From Candidatus Eiseniibacteriota bacterium (GTDB lineage Bacteria; Eisenbacteria; RBG-16-71-46), in the NCBI GenBank assembly GCA_963776245.1, contig CAVZLN010000006.1, forward strand, positions 64,001-128,000: DNA of 64,000 nucleotides, in the 5' to 3' direction. The stretch's first letter is position 1, and every line of letters begins with the position of its first letter. Shown here piece by piece: positions 45,350 through 55,386 of this stretch. The notes under the pieces are model-generated. The model was not told the DNA's origin, did no database searches, and saw nothing but the letters and a program-made list of their open reading frames with translations. A program made the position numbers and the translations under genes.

Positions 45350-46546
45350 TCAGGCGGTCTGCGGCGCCAACGGATCGTCCGGCCGGCTGTCACGCGCCGA
45401 CCAACGGAAGAACACGACACTCATGATGACCCACCAGAACAGCCCGCCCGGGATCCACATGATCAGGCCGCCGAGGAGCTGATCGTCGAGCGCCGACATC
45501 CCCATGAAGCGCGGGGCGAGCAGATACCAGTCGTAGAGCGGCTGCCGGGCGAACACGATCAGCGCGGCGACCGCCATCATCGGCACGCCGAGCAGGAACA
45601 GATACAGCATCTGGGCGCCCGACGTCACGGGATGGCGCACCGCCGCCCCGCCCACGATCGGCCACCACATCAACATCGCCGTCGCCATCACCATCAGGTG
45701 CATCACGATGTGGAAGTCGTGCTGCCGCATCATCAGGTTGTACAGCACCGGCACGTGCCACATGGAGAACACCACGGTGTACAGGATGAACCCCACCGGC
45801 ACCCGGGTGAGCCAGCCCCACGCGGCGCCGACGCCCCGCGGCCGGAGCAGCGCGCGCCACAGCCACGGCGGCACTCCGAGCAGGAACAGCGGCGGGAACA
45901 ACTGCGCGAGGATCAGGTGCTGGACCATGTGGGTGCTGAACAGATAGCGGTCGCTCAGGTCGTGCAGCGGACCGTTCAGCGCGAGCACCACCACCGCCAT
46001 CGAACCGAGGAACAGCGCCACCCGTCCGCGCTCCAGATGGCCGCTGCCACCGAGACGCTGGCGCCACGGCCCGAGGGCGAGCAGGTGGAACAGCGCGAGC
46101 AGGCCGCAGCCGAGGAGCACCGACCATTCCCAGTGCCACGGCCACCACGTGTAGGCCGGGGCCGGCTGCTCGCGCCACGGCCACGAGTCGGTGATCGCGA
46201 GCGCCGCGCTGCCGAAGGCGCGCCACACCTTCGCCTTGACCGCGAAGGTGTCGCCGAGCGCGTCGAGGAACCCCTGCCTCGGGTCCTGCCAGTGGGTCTG
46301 CCCGATGACGGTGTAGAGCCGGCGCTGGCGAAGGTCGAGGAAGTACATGCCCTGCTCGACGCGCCCGCGCACCAGCGCGCACTGCTTCTGCGCGGTGCCC
46401 TGCATGCCGTGCTGGAACGTGCACACCGGATCCACGAATTCGCCGACGAGGTACAGCGTGTCGGCGTTCGCGTCACCCGGGCCCGCCTGCACCGCCGGCG
46501 CCCAGAACATCGCCAGCAGCGCGAGAACCGCGCACCACACTCTCAC
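45350..46546 (-). CDS. caa3-type CtaG cytochrome oxidase assembly protein with an extra N-terminal secreted domain
   Basis: YLFSTHMVQHLIL, WHVP.LY, DDQLLGGLIMWIPG. GTG start follows AGGAG. Confidence 0.82.
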   Translation of the reverse strand: MRVWCAVLALLAMFWAPAVQAGPGDANADTLYLVGEFVDPVCTFQHGMQGTAQKQCALVRGRVEQGMYFLDLRQRRLYTVIGQTHWQDPRQGFLDALGDTFAVKAKVWRAFGSAALAITDSWPWREQPAPAYTWWPWHWEWSVLLGCGLLALFHLLALGPWRQRLGGSGHLERGRVALFLGSMAVVVLALNGPLHDLSDRYLFSTHMVQHLILAQLFPPLFLLGVPPWLWRALLRPRGVGAAWGWLTRVPVGFILYTVVFSMWHVPVLYNLMMRQHDFHIVMHLMVMATAMLMWWPIVGGAAVRHPVTSGAQMLYLFLLGVPMMAVAALIVFARQPLYDWYLLAPRFMGMSALDDQLLGGLIMWIPGGLFWWVIMSVVFFRWSARDSRPDDPLAPQTA

Positions 46547-46715
46547 GCACACTCCTGGAGGTTCGGCCACGTCCGGGTGGAGGGTCCGGCCAGGCATTGT
46601 AGCGAAAACCGGCGACAAACCGGAACGACCGGCTGGGGGGAAATCCAGCCGGAGGCCGGGACGCCGGTCCGCGGCCCCGCCCTCCCCGCCGATCCCTCCC
46701 CGGGTTCTCCCCGGG

Positions 46716-48104
46716 TCACGCCGGAGGGGTGGCCTTCTTGCGGGCCGCCGCCTCCATCGCCTTGCGCAGCGCGATCGCCATGGTGGTCAGTTCGGCCGGC
46801 GCGGCCGGCGGCGGCGGGGCCGCGGGTGGCGTGGCCGGGGGCGCCGGGCGCGCGGGCGCGGGGCCGCGCGTGGATGCCGGGCCGCGCGTGGACGCCCGGG
46901 CGCCGCCCGGGCGCGGCGGGTCCGCGGACGCCGCGGCCGGCGGCAGCGAGGCCGCCAGCAGTTCCTTGATCGAGAGCGAGATGCGCTTCTTCTCGGGCTC
47001 GACGGCGAGCACCACCGCCTCGACCTCCTGCCCGGGAGTGAGCACCTCCTTCACGTGGCCGATCCGGTGGAGGGCCACCTGCGAGACATGCACCAGGCCG
47101 TCGAGGCCGGGCTCCAGCGTCACGAACGCGCCGAAGTCGGTCAGCCGCGCGACCACGCCGCGCACCCGGCTGCCGACCGCGATGCGCCCGCCGACCCCGG
47201 TCCACGGGTCGGGCGCGCACGCCTTGATCGAGAGCGCGATGCGCGGGCGACCGTCCTTGCCGGTCTCGATGCGCATCACCTTCACCTTCACCGTCTCGCC
47301 CTGGCGCAGCGCCTCCTGCGGGTGATTCAGCCGCTCGTGGCGGATCTCGGAGACGTGCACCATGCCGTCCACCCCGCCCAGGTCCACGAACGCCCCGAAC
47401 GCCTCGAGGCGCGCCACGCGGCCTTCGCGCTCGTCGCCCACCTTCAGCGTGGCGAGCACCTGCCGCGCGGCCTCCTCCTCCGCCTTGCGCAGCAGGGCGC
47501 GGCGCGAGAGCACCGCGCCGCCGCGGCCCTCCTCGACCGCGGTGACCACGAACTCGAGCGTGCGCCCGACGTACACCGCGGGATCGGCGCAGAAGCCGGA
47601 CTCGATCTGGGACATCGGGCAGAACCCGCGCGCCCCGCCGAGGTCCACCTGCAGTCCGCCGGCATTGTGCCCGGTCACCTTCCCGCTCACCGGCACGCCG
47701 CTCGCGCGCGCCTCGCGCATCTGGCGCAACGCCGCGTGCGCGTCGGCGCGGATCGAGGGAGCGAGCACGATCTGGTCGCCGGCCTCCACCACGAACAGCT
47801 CGAGTGTCTCGCCGACCGCGATCGTGGGCGTGCCGTCCTCGGCGCGATAGTGGCGCGTCTCGACCACCGCCTCGCTGCGGCCGCCGAAGTCCACCAGGAT
47901 GTGCTCCGCCCCCACCGACACCACCTTGCCCGACACCTTGGTGCCCACGGTCACGTCCACCGACGCGCGGGCGGCGGCGCGCGCCGAGCCCTTGCCGCGC
48001 TCGAACTCCTCGAGCGCGCTGGCAAAGCCGTCCGAGGGAGTGTCCTCGTCGGGATCGGGGACGGGAGCGGGCGGCGGGTCCACGGGAATCGAGTCGGGCG
48101 TCAT
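46716..48104 (-). CDS. Ribosomal protein S1-like protein with four S1 domains and a Pro/Ala-rich tail
   Basis: VDFGGRSEA, GFCPMSQI, FGAFVDLGGVDGMVHVSE, FGAFVTLEPGLDGLVHVSQ, RISLSIK. Confidence 0.88.
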   Translation of the reverse strand: MTPDSIPVDPPPAPVPDPDEDTPSDGFASALEEFERGKGSARAAARASVDVTVGTKVSGKVVSVGAEHILVDFGGRSEAVVETRHYRAEDGTPTIAVGETLELFVVEAGDQIVLAPSIRADAHAALRQMREARASGVPVSGKVTGHNAGGLQVDLGGARGFCPMSQIESGFCADPAVYVGRTLEFVVTAVEEGRGGAVLSRRALLRKAEEEAARQVLATLKVGDEREGRVARLEAFGAFVDLGGVDGMVHVSEIRHERLNHPQEALRQGETVKVKVMRIETGKDGRPRIALSIKACAPDPWTGVGGRIAVGSRVRGVVARLTDFGAFVTLEPGLDGLVHVSQVALHRIGHVKEVLTPGQEVEAVVLAVEPEKKRISLSIKELLAASLPPAAASADPPRPGGARASTRGPASTRGPAPARPAPPATPPAAPPPPAAPAELTTMAIALRKAMEAAARKKATPPA

Positions 48105-48328
48105 CGGTGAGTCCTGGCGAAGGCGGAGGAGGGCGCGCGGCACGCGGGCCGGCTGCGGTCGGCGGACTTCCGCGCTATCATGCGGCGGTCCGCGGACGGG
48201 AAGGTAGCAGGAGCGGCCCGTCCTGTCCCAGCATGCCAGCGTCGCGGCCCCCGCCGCGACGCCCTGCGTGTCCCGCACTGTCGACCTGCCGCGGCCCGCC
48301 TGGTCCGCACGGCAAGGGGGAGCTTGAT

Positions 48329-49780
48329 ATGGCGAGCGCCATCGAAGGACTCGAGCCCGCAGCCCTGTGGAAGCATTTCGCCGCGCTGTCCCGTGTCCCG
48401 CGCGGCTCGAAGAACGAGAAGGCCGCCGCGGCCTTCGTGATCGCCCACGCCCGGGCGCTCGGACTGCCGTGGGCGCAGGACGCGGTCGGCAACGTGGTGG
48501 TGCGCAAGCCGGCCGCCGCGGGACGCGAGCAGGCGCCCATGGTGTGCCTGCAGGGCCACCTCGACATGGTGTGCGAGAAGCGCCCCGAGGTCGTGCACGA
48601 CTTCACCAGGGACCCGATCGTGCTGGTGCGCGCGGGCGACCTGATGCGGGCCGCCGGCACCACTCTCGGCGCCGACAACGGCGTGGCGGTCGCGACCTTC
48701 CTCGCCATCATGGAGGACCGCTCGCTCGAGCACGGGCCGCTCGAGTTCCTGTTCACCATCGACGAGGAGACCGGGCTCACCGGGGCGCAGTCCCTCGAGC
48801 CCGGCTTCCTGAAGAGCGGCATCCTGCTCAACCTCGATTCCGAGGAGGAGGGCGCGCTCTACGTCGGCTGCTCCGGCGGGCGCGACAGCACCGGCAGCTG
48901 GGCCCTCGCGACCGATCCGGTGCCGGCCGGCGCGGTGGCGCTCGAGCTCAAGGTCGGCGGCCTGCGCGGCGGGCACTCCGGACTCGAGATCGACAAGGGC
49001 CGCGGCAACGCCATCAAGATCCTCGCCCGCGCCGTGGCGCGCGCCGCCGACTTCGGCGGACGCCTGGCGCGCATCGACGGCGGCAACAAGCGCAACGCCA
49101 TCCCGCGCGACGCCGCGGCGCTGGTGTTCGTGCCGAAGGCGAAGGCCGCCGAGGCGCGCGAGGCGGTGGCGGCGTTCGGCGTCCTCGCGCGCGCGGAGCT
49201 CGCCACCGTCGAGCCCGACCTCCAAGTCACCGCCGAGCCGGTGCGCGCCCGCGGCAAGGTGTTCCGGCGCGCGCTCCAGCGGAACGTGCTGCGCACCCTT
49301 CAGGCGCTGCCGCACGGCGTCATCAAGATGAGCGCGGAGATCCCGTGGCTGGTCGAGACCTCGACCAACGTCGCGGTGGTCACCACCGCCAGGAAGAGCG
49401 TCTCGATCGCCACCAGCCAGCGCAGCTCGGTGGAGTCCGAGATCCACGACATCGTCGCCACCGTGACCGCGGTGTTCGAGCTCGGCGGCGCCGACGTCAG
49501 CGGCTCCGACGGCTACCCCGGCTGGAAGCCCAACCTCGACTCCCCCATCCTCAAGACCGCGAAGCGCGTCTACCGCGAGTTCGCCGGCAAGGAGCCCGAG
49601 GTCAAGGCCATCCACGCCGGACTCGAGTGCGGCATCATCGGCGAGCGCTATCCCGGGATGGACATGGTCTCGTTCGGCCCCACCCTCGAGGGCGTGCACT
49701 CGCCCGACGAACAGATCCACATCGGCTCGGTCGAGCGCTACTGGCACTACCTGCTGGCCCTGCTGAAGAGCGTGAGGTAG
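48329..49780 (+). CDS. pepD: Aminoacyl-histidine dipeptidase (M20C)
   Basis: LQGHLDMVCEK, TLGADNG, DEETGL, GGHSG, IHAGLECG, HSPDE. Confidence 0.93.
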   Translation: MASAIEGLEPAALWKHFAALSRVPRGSKNEKAAAAFVIAHARALGLPWAQDAVGNVVVRKPAAAGREQAPMVCLQGHLDMVCEKRPEVVHDFTRDPIVLVRAGDLMRAAGTTLGADNGVAVATFLAIMEDRSLEHGPLEFLFTIDEETGLTGAQSLEPGFLKSGILLNLDSEEEGALYVGCSGGRDSTGSWALATDPVPAGAVALELKVGGLRGGHSGLEIDKGRGNAIKILARAVARAADFGGRLARIDGGNKRNAIPRDAAALVFVPKAKAAEAREAVAAFGVLARAELATVEPDLQVTAEPVRARGKVFRRALQRNVLRTLQALPHGVIKMSAEIPWLVETSTNVAVVTTARKSVSIATSQRSSVESEIHDIVATVTAVFELGGADVSGSDGYPGWKPNLDSPILKTAKRVYREFAGKEPEVKAIHAGLECGIIGERYPGMDMVSFGPTLEGVHSPDEQIHIGSVERYWHYLLALLKSVR

Positions 49781-49790
49781 CGGCTCAGCC

Positions 49791-51429
49791 CTATCGCCCC
49801 GCCAGTTCGTCCACGAACAGAGCCGGATCGAGCGCCCGCCCGGTGACGCGCACCACCGTGCCGCGCCAGTCCTGCGTGCGTCCCGGCGCGTACAGCCGCT
49901 CGCGCAGGAAGGCGCCCACCGCCGGGCTCTCGACCAATCGCTCCCACGCGTCCGCGCCCCCGCCCAGCACCTCGCTCAGCAGGTGTCGCTGCAACTGGGA
50001 AGCCATCATCTCGCCGAGCAGGTAGTTCTGGTAGTACACCGGCGCGATGCTGAAGTGGATCTTGCTCGCCCAGTCCGGGGCGTCGCGCCCCTCCGGGCGC
50101 CTCACCCACTGGAAGCGCTCCACCAGTTCCCACCACAGCGAGCGCAGGTCCTGCGACGGGTCCCTGTAGAGCGCCCGCTCCATGTGGCACATCACCAGTT
50201 CCCAGCGCGTCTGCACCAGCAGCTGATCGCGCGTCGCGCGGGCGCAGGCGGCCGCCGCGGCGCGCGCCTCGGCCGGCAGGCATGCCCGCCCAGCGCGCCA
50301 GCCACGCCGGGTTGCGGGTCAGCCGCCCGAAGAGCATCGCGCTCGCCTCGGTGGTGAGCGTGTGCGCCGGCCCGCGCAGCACCCACGGCAGCGCGCGGTC
50401 CACGCCGATGTCGTACACCGCGTGCCCGAGTTCGTGGAGCAGCGTGCTCATCCAGTATTCGTCCGGCTGCAGATTGCAGAGCACCCGCACGTCGTCGCCG
50501 CGGTCCACCGACAGGCAGAACGCGTGCGGGCACTTCCCCGCCTTCTCGTAGAGGTCCGAGCGCGCCAGCACCTCGCGGACCGGCAGCCCGATGGTCTCGA
50601 AGAAGCGCGCCGCCAGCTCCTCGAGCGAGGCCTGCGCGAACCACCGCGACGGGTCGAGGCCCGCGGCCGGGGCCTCCTGGAAGAACGGGTCGCTGAAGTG
50701 CCAGGGCCGCAGGTCGCGGGACGCCACCCCGAAGCGCCGGCCCAGTTCCCCGTCCAGCCCGGCCCGGTAGGCCTCGAACAGCGGGCGCGTGCCGCGGTCC
50801 ACCTCGTCGAGCAGGGCGAACAATCCGGCCTCGTCGAGCTCGTCGAGCGCCAGCATCATCGAGTAGTAGTCGTCCTCCCCCATCGCGCGCGCGGCCTCGT
50901 TGCGCTCGCGCACCAGCGCGAGCAGGTCGGCCTCGACCTCGGCGCCGACCTGCTTGGAGGCCTCCCACGCCCGCCGGCGCGCCGCGACATCGCCGGACTC
51001 GCGCAGCACCCGCTTGAGCGCGTTGTCCCCCACGCGCTCGCCGTCGAGATCGGCGCGGAAGTTGTTGAAGCGGCTCTCGAGCGACTTCTCCAGCCGCACC
51101 ATGCGCTCGATCCGGTCGGGCGCGATCTGCTGCGCCTGGTAGGCGTGCAGCAGCAGCACCGACTGGCGCTGCAGCCGCTCGTCCTCCACCCCGCCCGCGG
51201 CGTGGAGCGCGCGCAGGAACGCGTACGGCTCGGTCCGCGCGTGCAGCCGCCGCAGGGCGGCGTCGAGGCGCGCGCTCTCCTCCTCGTGCTCCTTCCTTCC
51301 GGTCACGTTGGCGAGCCACGCCTGTTCGTTGTGGCGGCGGCTCAGCGGCTCGGCCTCGGCGACGTGGCGGGCGATCAGCTCGGCCAGCGCGGATCCTCGC
51401 GCCGCGGCGGTGTCGGACAGGGTCTCCAC
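49791..51429 (-). CDS. Cytoplasmic M3/M2-like (gluzincin) oligopeptidase (frameshift ~50278)
   Basis: PWHFSDPFFQE, SDLYE..GK.PHAFC, LHELGH, TTEASAM, then KIHF..APVYYQNY in the second frame. Confidence 0.85.
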
Positions 51430-51461
51430 GGGATCTCCGGGCCGCCGGGGGCGGCGCTGCC

Positions 51462-52271
51462 TCAGCCGGTGACGAGCCGCCGGTAGAACGCCGGGCGGCG
51501 AGTGGTGAAGAGGTGGGTGAGCGGGGTGAGCGCCTTGTCGCGCGCGAGCGACAGGTCACAGTCGGCGGCGCGGGCGCAGGTGGCGCGCGCTCCGGCCCGC
51601 GCCAGCACGCGCTCGCGCGGATCGACGATCTGGCTGCGCCCGGTGAAGGCGACGCGCCCCCCGGGCCGATCGTCGGCCCCGGTGCGGTTGGCGGTCACCA
51701 CGAACACGCGATTCTCGAGCGCGCGGATCACCATGATGCGCTGGGCGTCGGGGAACACCAGGTTCGAAGGATGGGCGATCACGTCCGCGCCCAGCAGCGC
51801 GAGCACGCGCGCCGCCTCGGGGAAGCGCCAGTCGAAGCAGATCAGCATGCCGACCTTGGCCGCGCCCACGCGATGCACCGCGAACGGGATGTCCCCGGGC
51901 AGGAACCACAGCCGCTCACGCTCGAACAGATGCACCTTCCGGTAGACCGCCCTCACCCCCGACGGCCCGACCAGCATCGCGCTGTTGTAGTAGCGCCCGC
52001 GGCACACCTCGGGGAAGCCCGCGACCAGGTGCCGGCGCTCGCGGCGCGCCGCGGCACGCAGCATCCGCGCGGTGAGCCCGGTGGCGGCGTCCTCGGCGAG
52101 TGCCGCGACCTCGGCGTGGCTCGAGAACACGTATCCCGAGGACCACAGTTCGGGGAGCACCACGAGATCGGCGGGGGTGGTGGCGGCGAGCGCCAGACCG
52201 TGCTCGAGGTTCTGCTCCGGCCGGCCGAAGCGCGGACGGCCCTGCACGAACGCGACGCGGAACGGGATCAC
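51462..52271 (-). CDS. Carbon-nitrogen hydrolase (nitrilase superfamily)
   Basis: LVVLPE, YRKVHLF and ICFDW supply the Glu-Lys-Cys triad. Confidence 0.9.
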   Translation of the reverse strand: MIPFRVAFVQGRPRFGRPEQNLEHGLALAATTPADLVVLPELWSSGYVFSSHAEVAALAEDAATGLTARMLRAAARRERRHLVAGFPEVCRGRYYNSAMLVGPSGVRAVYRKVHLFERERLWFLPGDIPFAVHRVGAAKVGMLICFDWRFPEAARVLALLGADVIAHPSNLVFPDAQRIMVIRALENRVFVVTANRTGADDRPGGRVAFTGRSQIVDPRERVLARAGARATCARAADCDLSLARDKALTPLTHLFTTRRPAFYRRLVTG

Positions 52272-52331
52272 GGGAGGACCCTACCGAGTCCGTCCGCGAC
52301 CGGCAAACGCTCCGGACGCGCCGCCGCGCGA

Positions 52332-52859
52332 TCAGGCGGCGTTGCTCTCGCCCAGGTCCATCCCGTCGCCCGTGAGCGGCGCGCCGGCGCTCTCGGTGAG
52401 GCGCACCTCGACCACCGCGGCGGCGTTCACCAGGTGGACGCCGGTGCCGGTGAGCAGCACGAAGAAACCCGCGCCCTGCATGTTCATGAAGTCCGAGAGG
52501 CGCTGCGTGGGGCGGTGCAGCGGGGTCCACACCCGGCCCTCGAGCGTGGTGCCGTCGAGCATCACGACCTCGGCCGGCTCCTCCCGCCACGGGTCGAACC
52601 CGCGCGCGAACACGTCGCTCTGGACCACCTGCCGCCCGGCGGTCACGCGCAGCAGGCGACTGCGGTTGAACAGGTGGACGCGGCCCTCGACGCCCATCGC
52701 GACCGGCAGGAAGCGCGCGGTCTCGTTGACCTTCTCGTGGATGGTCTGGTGGCGGCCGCGCGCGGCGTCGAGATCGAGGAAGATCTGGCCCTGCACGCTC
52801 TGGCCATCGACCGGCCACAGCGTGACGGGGATGCGGCGCTTGGGGATGTAGTGGTCCAT
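52332..52859 (-). CDS. Conserved hypothetical protein with an internal duplication (DUF6812-like)
   Basis: Two similar halves (...G.IFL...FLPV...LFNR and ...G.VW...RLSDFMN...FF...LVN). AGGAG RBS. Confidence 0.65.
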   Translation of the reverse strand: MDHYIPKRRIPVTLWPVDGQSVQGQIFLDLDAARGRHQTIHEKVNETARFLPVAMGVEGRVHLFNRSRLLRVTAGRQVVQSDVFARGFDPWREEPAEVVMLDGTTLEGRVWTPLHRPTQRLSDFMNMQGAGFFVLLTGTGVHLVNAAAVVEVRLTESAGAPLTGDGMDLGESNAA

Positions 52860-52969
52860 TCGGGCCTCGTGCTCTCCTGTGCGGTGTGCTCGCGTGCGTG
52901 CGCGGCGGATCGGGCGGCGCCGCCGCCCCGTCGCGGGCCGGCGCGGGCCCTTCCGGGGCCGCCGTCCTA

Positions 52970-52985
52970 TGCAACCCCTCTGCCG
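52970..52985 (-). promoter_or_regulatory. Putative sigma54 promoter
   Basis: Minus strand CGGCAGAGGGGTTGCA (GG-N10-GC), about 110 bp upstream of ATG 52859. Confidence 0.55.
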
Positions 52986-53086
52986 GAAGGGGTCCGGCCT
53001 CGCCACCGCCGCGGCTCCGGTCCGCGCTGCGCGCGCGCGCGGAGTTGCGGCTGGCGCCCGGTGCGGCCGGACGCGTGCGCCCCGGC

Positions 53087-53111
53087 CGCGGATTGCGGAA
53101 CGCAATCCGCG
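53087..53111. promoter_or_regulatory. Perfect inverted repeat, candidate activator site
   Basis: CGCGGATTGCG-GAA-CGCAATCCGCG, about 100 bp upstream of the sigma54-like site. Confidence 0.45.
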
Positions 53112-53234
53112 CGCGCCGCGCGGACGCCGTACTGCACGGTCGCGCGGCGTCCACCACCGACTGCGCAGCCCGCGCACGCGGGCGCGTCGCGCCGCGGCGC
53201 GGGGCGCGCGCGGCGCTCTGCTACACTCGCCGCC

Positions 53235-54596
53235 ATGATGGATCGTGTCACCCAGCCACCGCGCGGCGGTCGCCGCGCGCGCCGCGAGACCCGCTCGCCG
53301 GCCGCCTCGTGGGGGCTGATGTTCGCCGTGGCGCTGGTCCTGCGCGTCGCCTGCGCGTGGCTCGCGGTCGGCCCGGGAGCGGTGCCCTACGGCGACGAGG
53401 CCACCTACCACGCCGTGGCGGCGAACCTGGCGCGCGGCGTCGGGTTCTCCCTCGGCGGCGCGGCCGGCCTTCCCACCGCCTTCGTGCCCCCGGTGTTGCC
53501 GTGGCTGGTGAGCGTGCTCTACCGGCTCACCGGCGCCGACTACTTCGCGGCGGTGCTGCTCCAGTGCGTGCTCGGCGCGCTCACTCCCCTGCTCCTCGCG
53601 GCGCTCGGCGGCGCGCTCGTCGGCTCCGGCACCGGCCGCGTCGCGGGCTGGCTCGCGGCGGTCCACCCGCTGCTGGTGTTCTTCTCCGGCCACCTGCTGA
53701 CCGAGACCGCGTTCACCGTGACCGTGCTGCTCGCGCTGCTGGCGTCGGTGGCGTGGATCAAGGAGCCGCGCCCGGGCCGCTCGCTGGGCACCGGGCTGCT
53801 GTGGGGCCTGGCCGCGCTCACGCGCCCGACCGCGCTGGCGCTGCCGCTGGTGGTCGCGGCGTGGGCCTGGGTGCCGCTCGGCCTGCTGCTCGGCGGCCGG
53901 GCCCGCGCGCGTCAGCTGGCGCTGCTCCTGCTGGGGGTGGTCCTGGCGGTGGCGCCGTGGACGGCGCGCAATGGGCTCGCGCTCCATGCGCTGGTGCCGG
54001 TCACGACCGGCGGCGGGCGCGCGCTGCTCGACGGCAACAACCCGGTGGCGTGGTCCGATCCGGGCGGGCGCGGCGGCGCCACCAGCGCGTTCGAACGCGA
54101 GCCCTACGCGACGCGTTTCAGGGGCAGGAGCGAGCCCGAGGTCGACCGCCTCGCGCGTGACGAGGCGCTCGGCTTCCTGCGCGCGCATCTGGCGGAGTGG
54201 CCGGCGATGGCGGCCGCCAAGCTCGGGCGCTTCTGGCGGATCTCCGCCGAGGGAGGCGGCACCGGCACCTGGCAGCGCGCGGGCTCACCCTTCGCCGCGC
54301 TGCTCGCGCGCCTCGACCCGCTGCGAGCGTGGTCGGTGGTGATGTTCCCGCTGGCGCTGTGGGGGCTGGTGGTCCTCGCGCGCTCGCCGCGCCGTTGGTT
54401 CCTCTCGCTCCCGCTGCTGGTGGTGCTCTACTTCAGCGCGCTGGCGGTGGTGTTCTGGGGCGCGCTGCGCATGCGGGTCCCCGCGGAGCCGCTGGTGCTG
54501 CTGTTCGCCGCCGTCGGGATCGACAGCGCGTGGCGCCGCTGGCGACCGCGGCCGCCGGGCCTGCGGGTGATCGAGGGGACGCGTCCGAGCGCCTGA
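53235..54596 (+). CDS. GT-C fold membrane glycosyltransferase (ArnT/PMT family)
   Basis: GDEATY..A.NL, TAF.PP, LLTETAF, LAALTRP, PWTARN, R.RVP. Many TM helices. Confidence 0.85.
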   Translation: MMDRVTQPPRGGRRARRETRSPAASWGLMFAVALVLRVACAWLAVGPGAVPYGDEATYHAVAANLARGVGFSLGGAAGLPTAFVPPVLPWLVSVLYRLTGADYFAAVLLQCVLGALTPLLLAALGGALVGSGTGRVAGWLAAVHPLLVFFSGHLLTETAFTVTVLLALLASVAWIKEPRPGRSLGTGLLWGLAALTRPTALALPLVVAAWAWVPLGLLLGGRARARQLALLLLGVVLAVAPWTARNGLALHALVPVTTGGGRALLDGNNPVAWSDPGGRGGATSAFEREPYATRFRGRSEPEVDRLARDEALGFLRAHLAEWPAMAAAKLGRFWRISAEGGGTGTWQRAGSPFAALLARLDPLRAWSVVMFPLALWGLVVLARSPRRWFLSLPLLVVLYFSALAVVFWGALRMRVPAEPLVLLFAAVGIDSAWRRWRPRPPGLRVIEGTRPSA

Positions 54597-54618
54597 GCGA
54601 TCGCGGCGCGGCGGCGGC

Positions 54619-55293
54619 TCACCGGTTGGGAAGGACGCTCACCACCCGGAAGCGGAAGGTGTACACGCGCGGCTGGTTGTCGATCCGGCACGCCACGTCC
54701 ACCCCGAACTCCCGCCCGGAGTACTGCGGCGCGTTCTCGTCCTCGGGCAGCAGCGCGCGGTGGAGCTGCCGGTCCGCGCCCGCCGGATCGAACATGTAGT
54801 CGATCGGGAACAGATAGTCGCCGTAGCGCTGGAGGCCGAGGATCTGGGTCGAGGGCTGGGTGCCGTAGCGGTCCCGCCACGTGGTGCTGGCGTGCGCGGC
54901 GCGGCCGACGTTGCCGTGCGGGTCGGCGAACAGGCACTTGTCCCAGTCGATCCATACCGGCTTGTCGGTCCGGTTCTCGATCTGGAAGAACAGCACGTCG
55001 GGGGTGGGCCGGAAGTAGAACGAGAGCTCGCGGTCCTGGAACACGAACCGCTCGCTGCTGGGCTCGACCTGCCGGAAGCGGTAGCGGTAGAGCGCGTCGG
55101 CGCTGCCGGTGGTGGCGCCCACCGAGTCGGCCGAGCCGCTCAACATGCGACCGAAGCCCATCTCGGTGTTGTCCGTGCCGGCATTCTGCGGCGGGACCGG
55201 AGCGGATTCCGGCGCCGGACCGGCCGAGCATCCGGATAGGAGCGCCGCGAGCAGGACGGCGGCCGCGAGCCATGCGAATCGGGGCGTACGCAT
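54619..55293 (-). CDS. Hypothetical lipoprotein
   Basis: Lipobox LSGC followed by a beta-rich soluble domain. Confidence 0.75.
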   Translation of the reverse strand: MRTPRFAWLAAAVLLAALLSGCSAGPAPESAPVPPQNAGTDNTEMGFGRMLSGSADSVGATTGSADALYRYRFRQVEPSSERFVFQDRELSFYFRPTPDVLFFQIENRTDKPVWIDWDKCLFADPHGNVGRAAHASTTWRDRYGTQPSTQILGLQRYGDYLFPIDYMFDPAGADRQLHRALLPEDENAPQYSGREFGVDVACRIDNQPRVYTFRFRVVSVLPNR

Positions 55294-55386
55294 CGGCGGC
55301 AGACTAGACCTCGCCGCCGACGAGGGTCAAGTCCGCCGCGGCACCGGCGCATCGGCGGGCGCGCGCCCACCCCGCGCCGGTCGCTC

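Noticed and set aside
46855..46900. 18-bp tandem repeat
   Set aside because: It encodes ASTRGP twice in the S1 protein's low-complexity tail and is not CRISPR-like.
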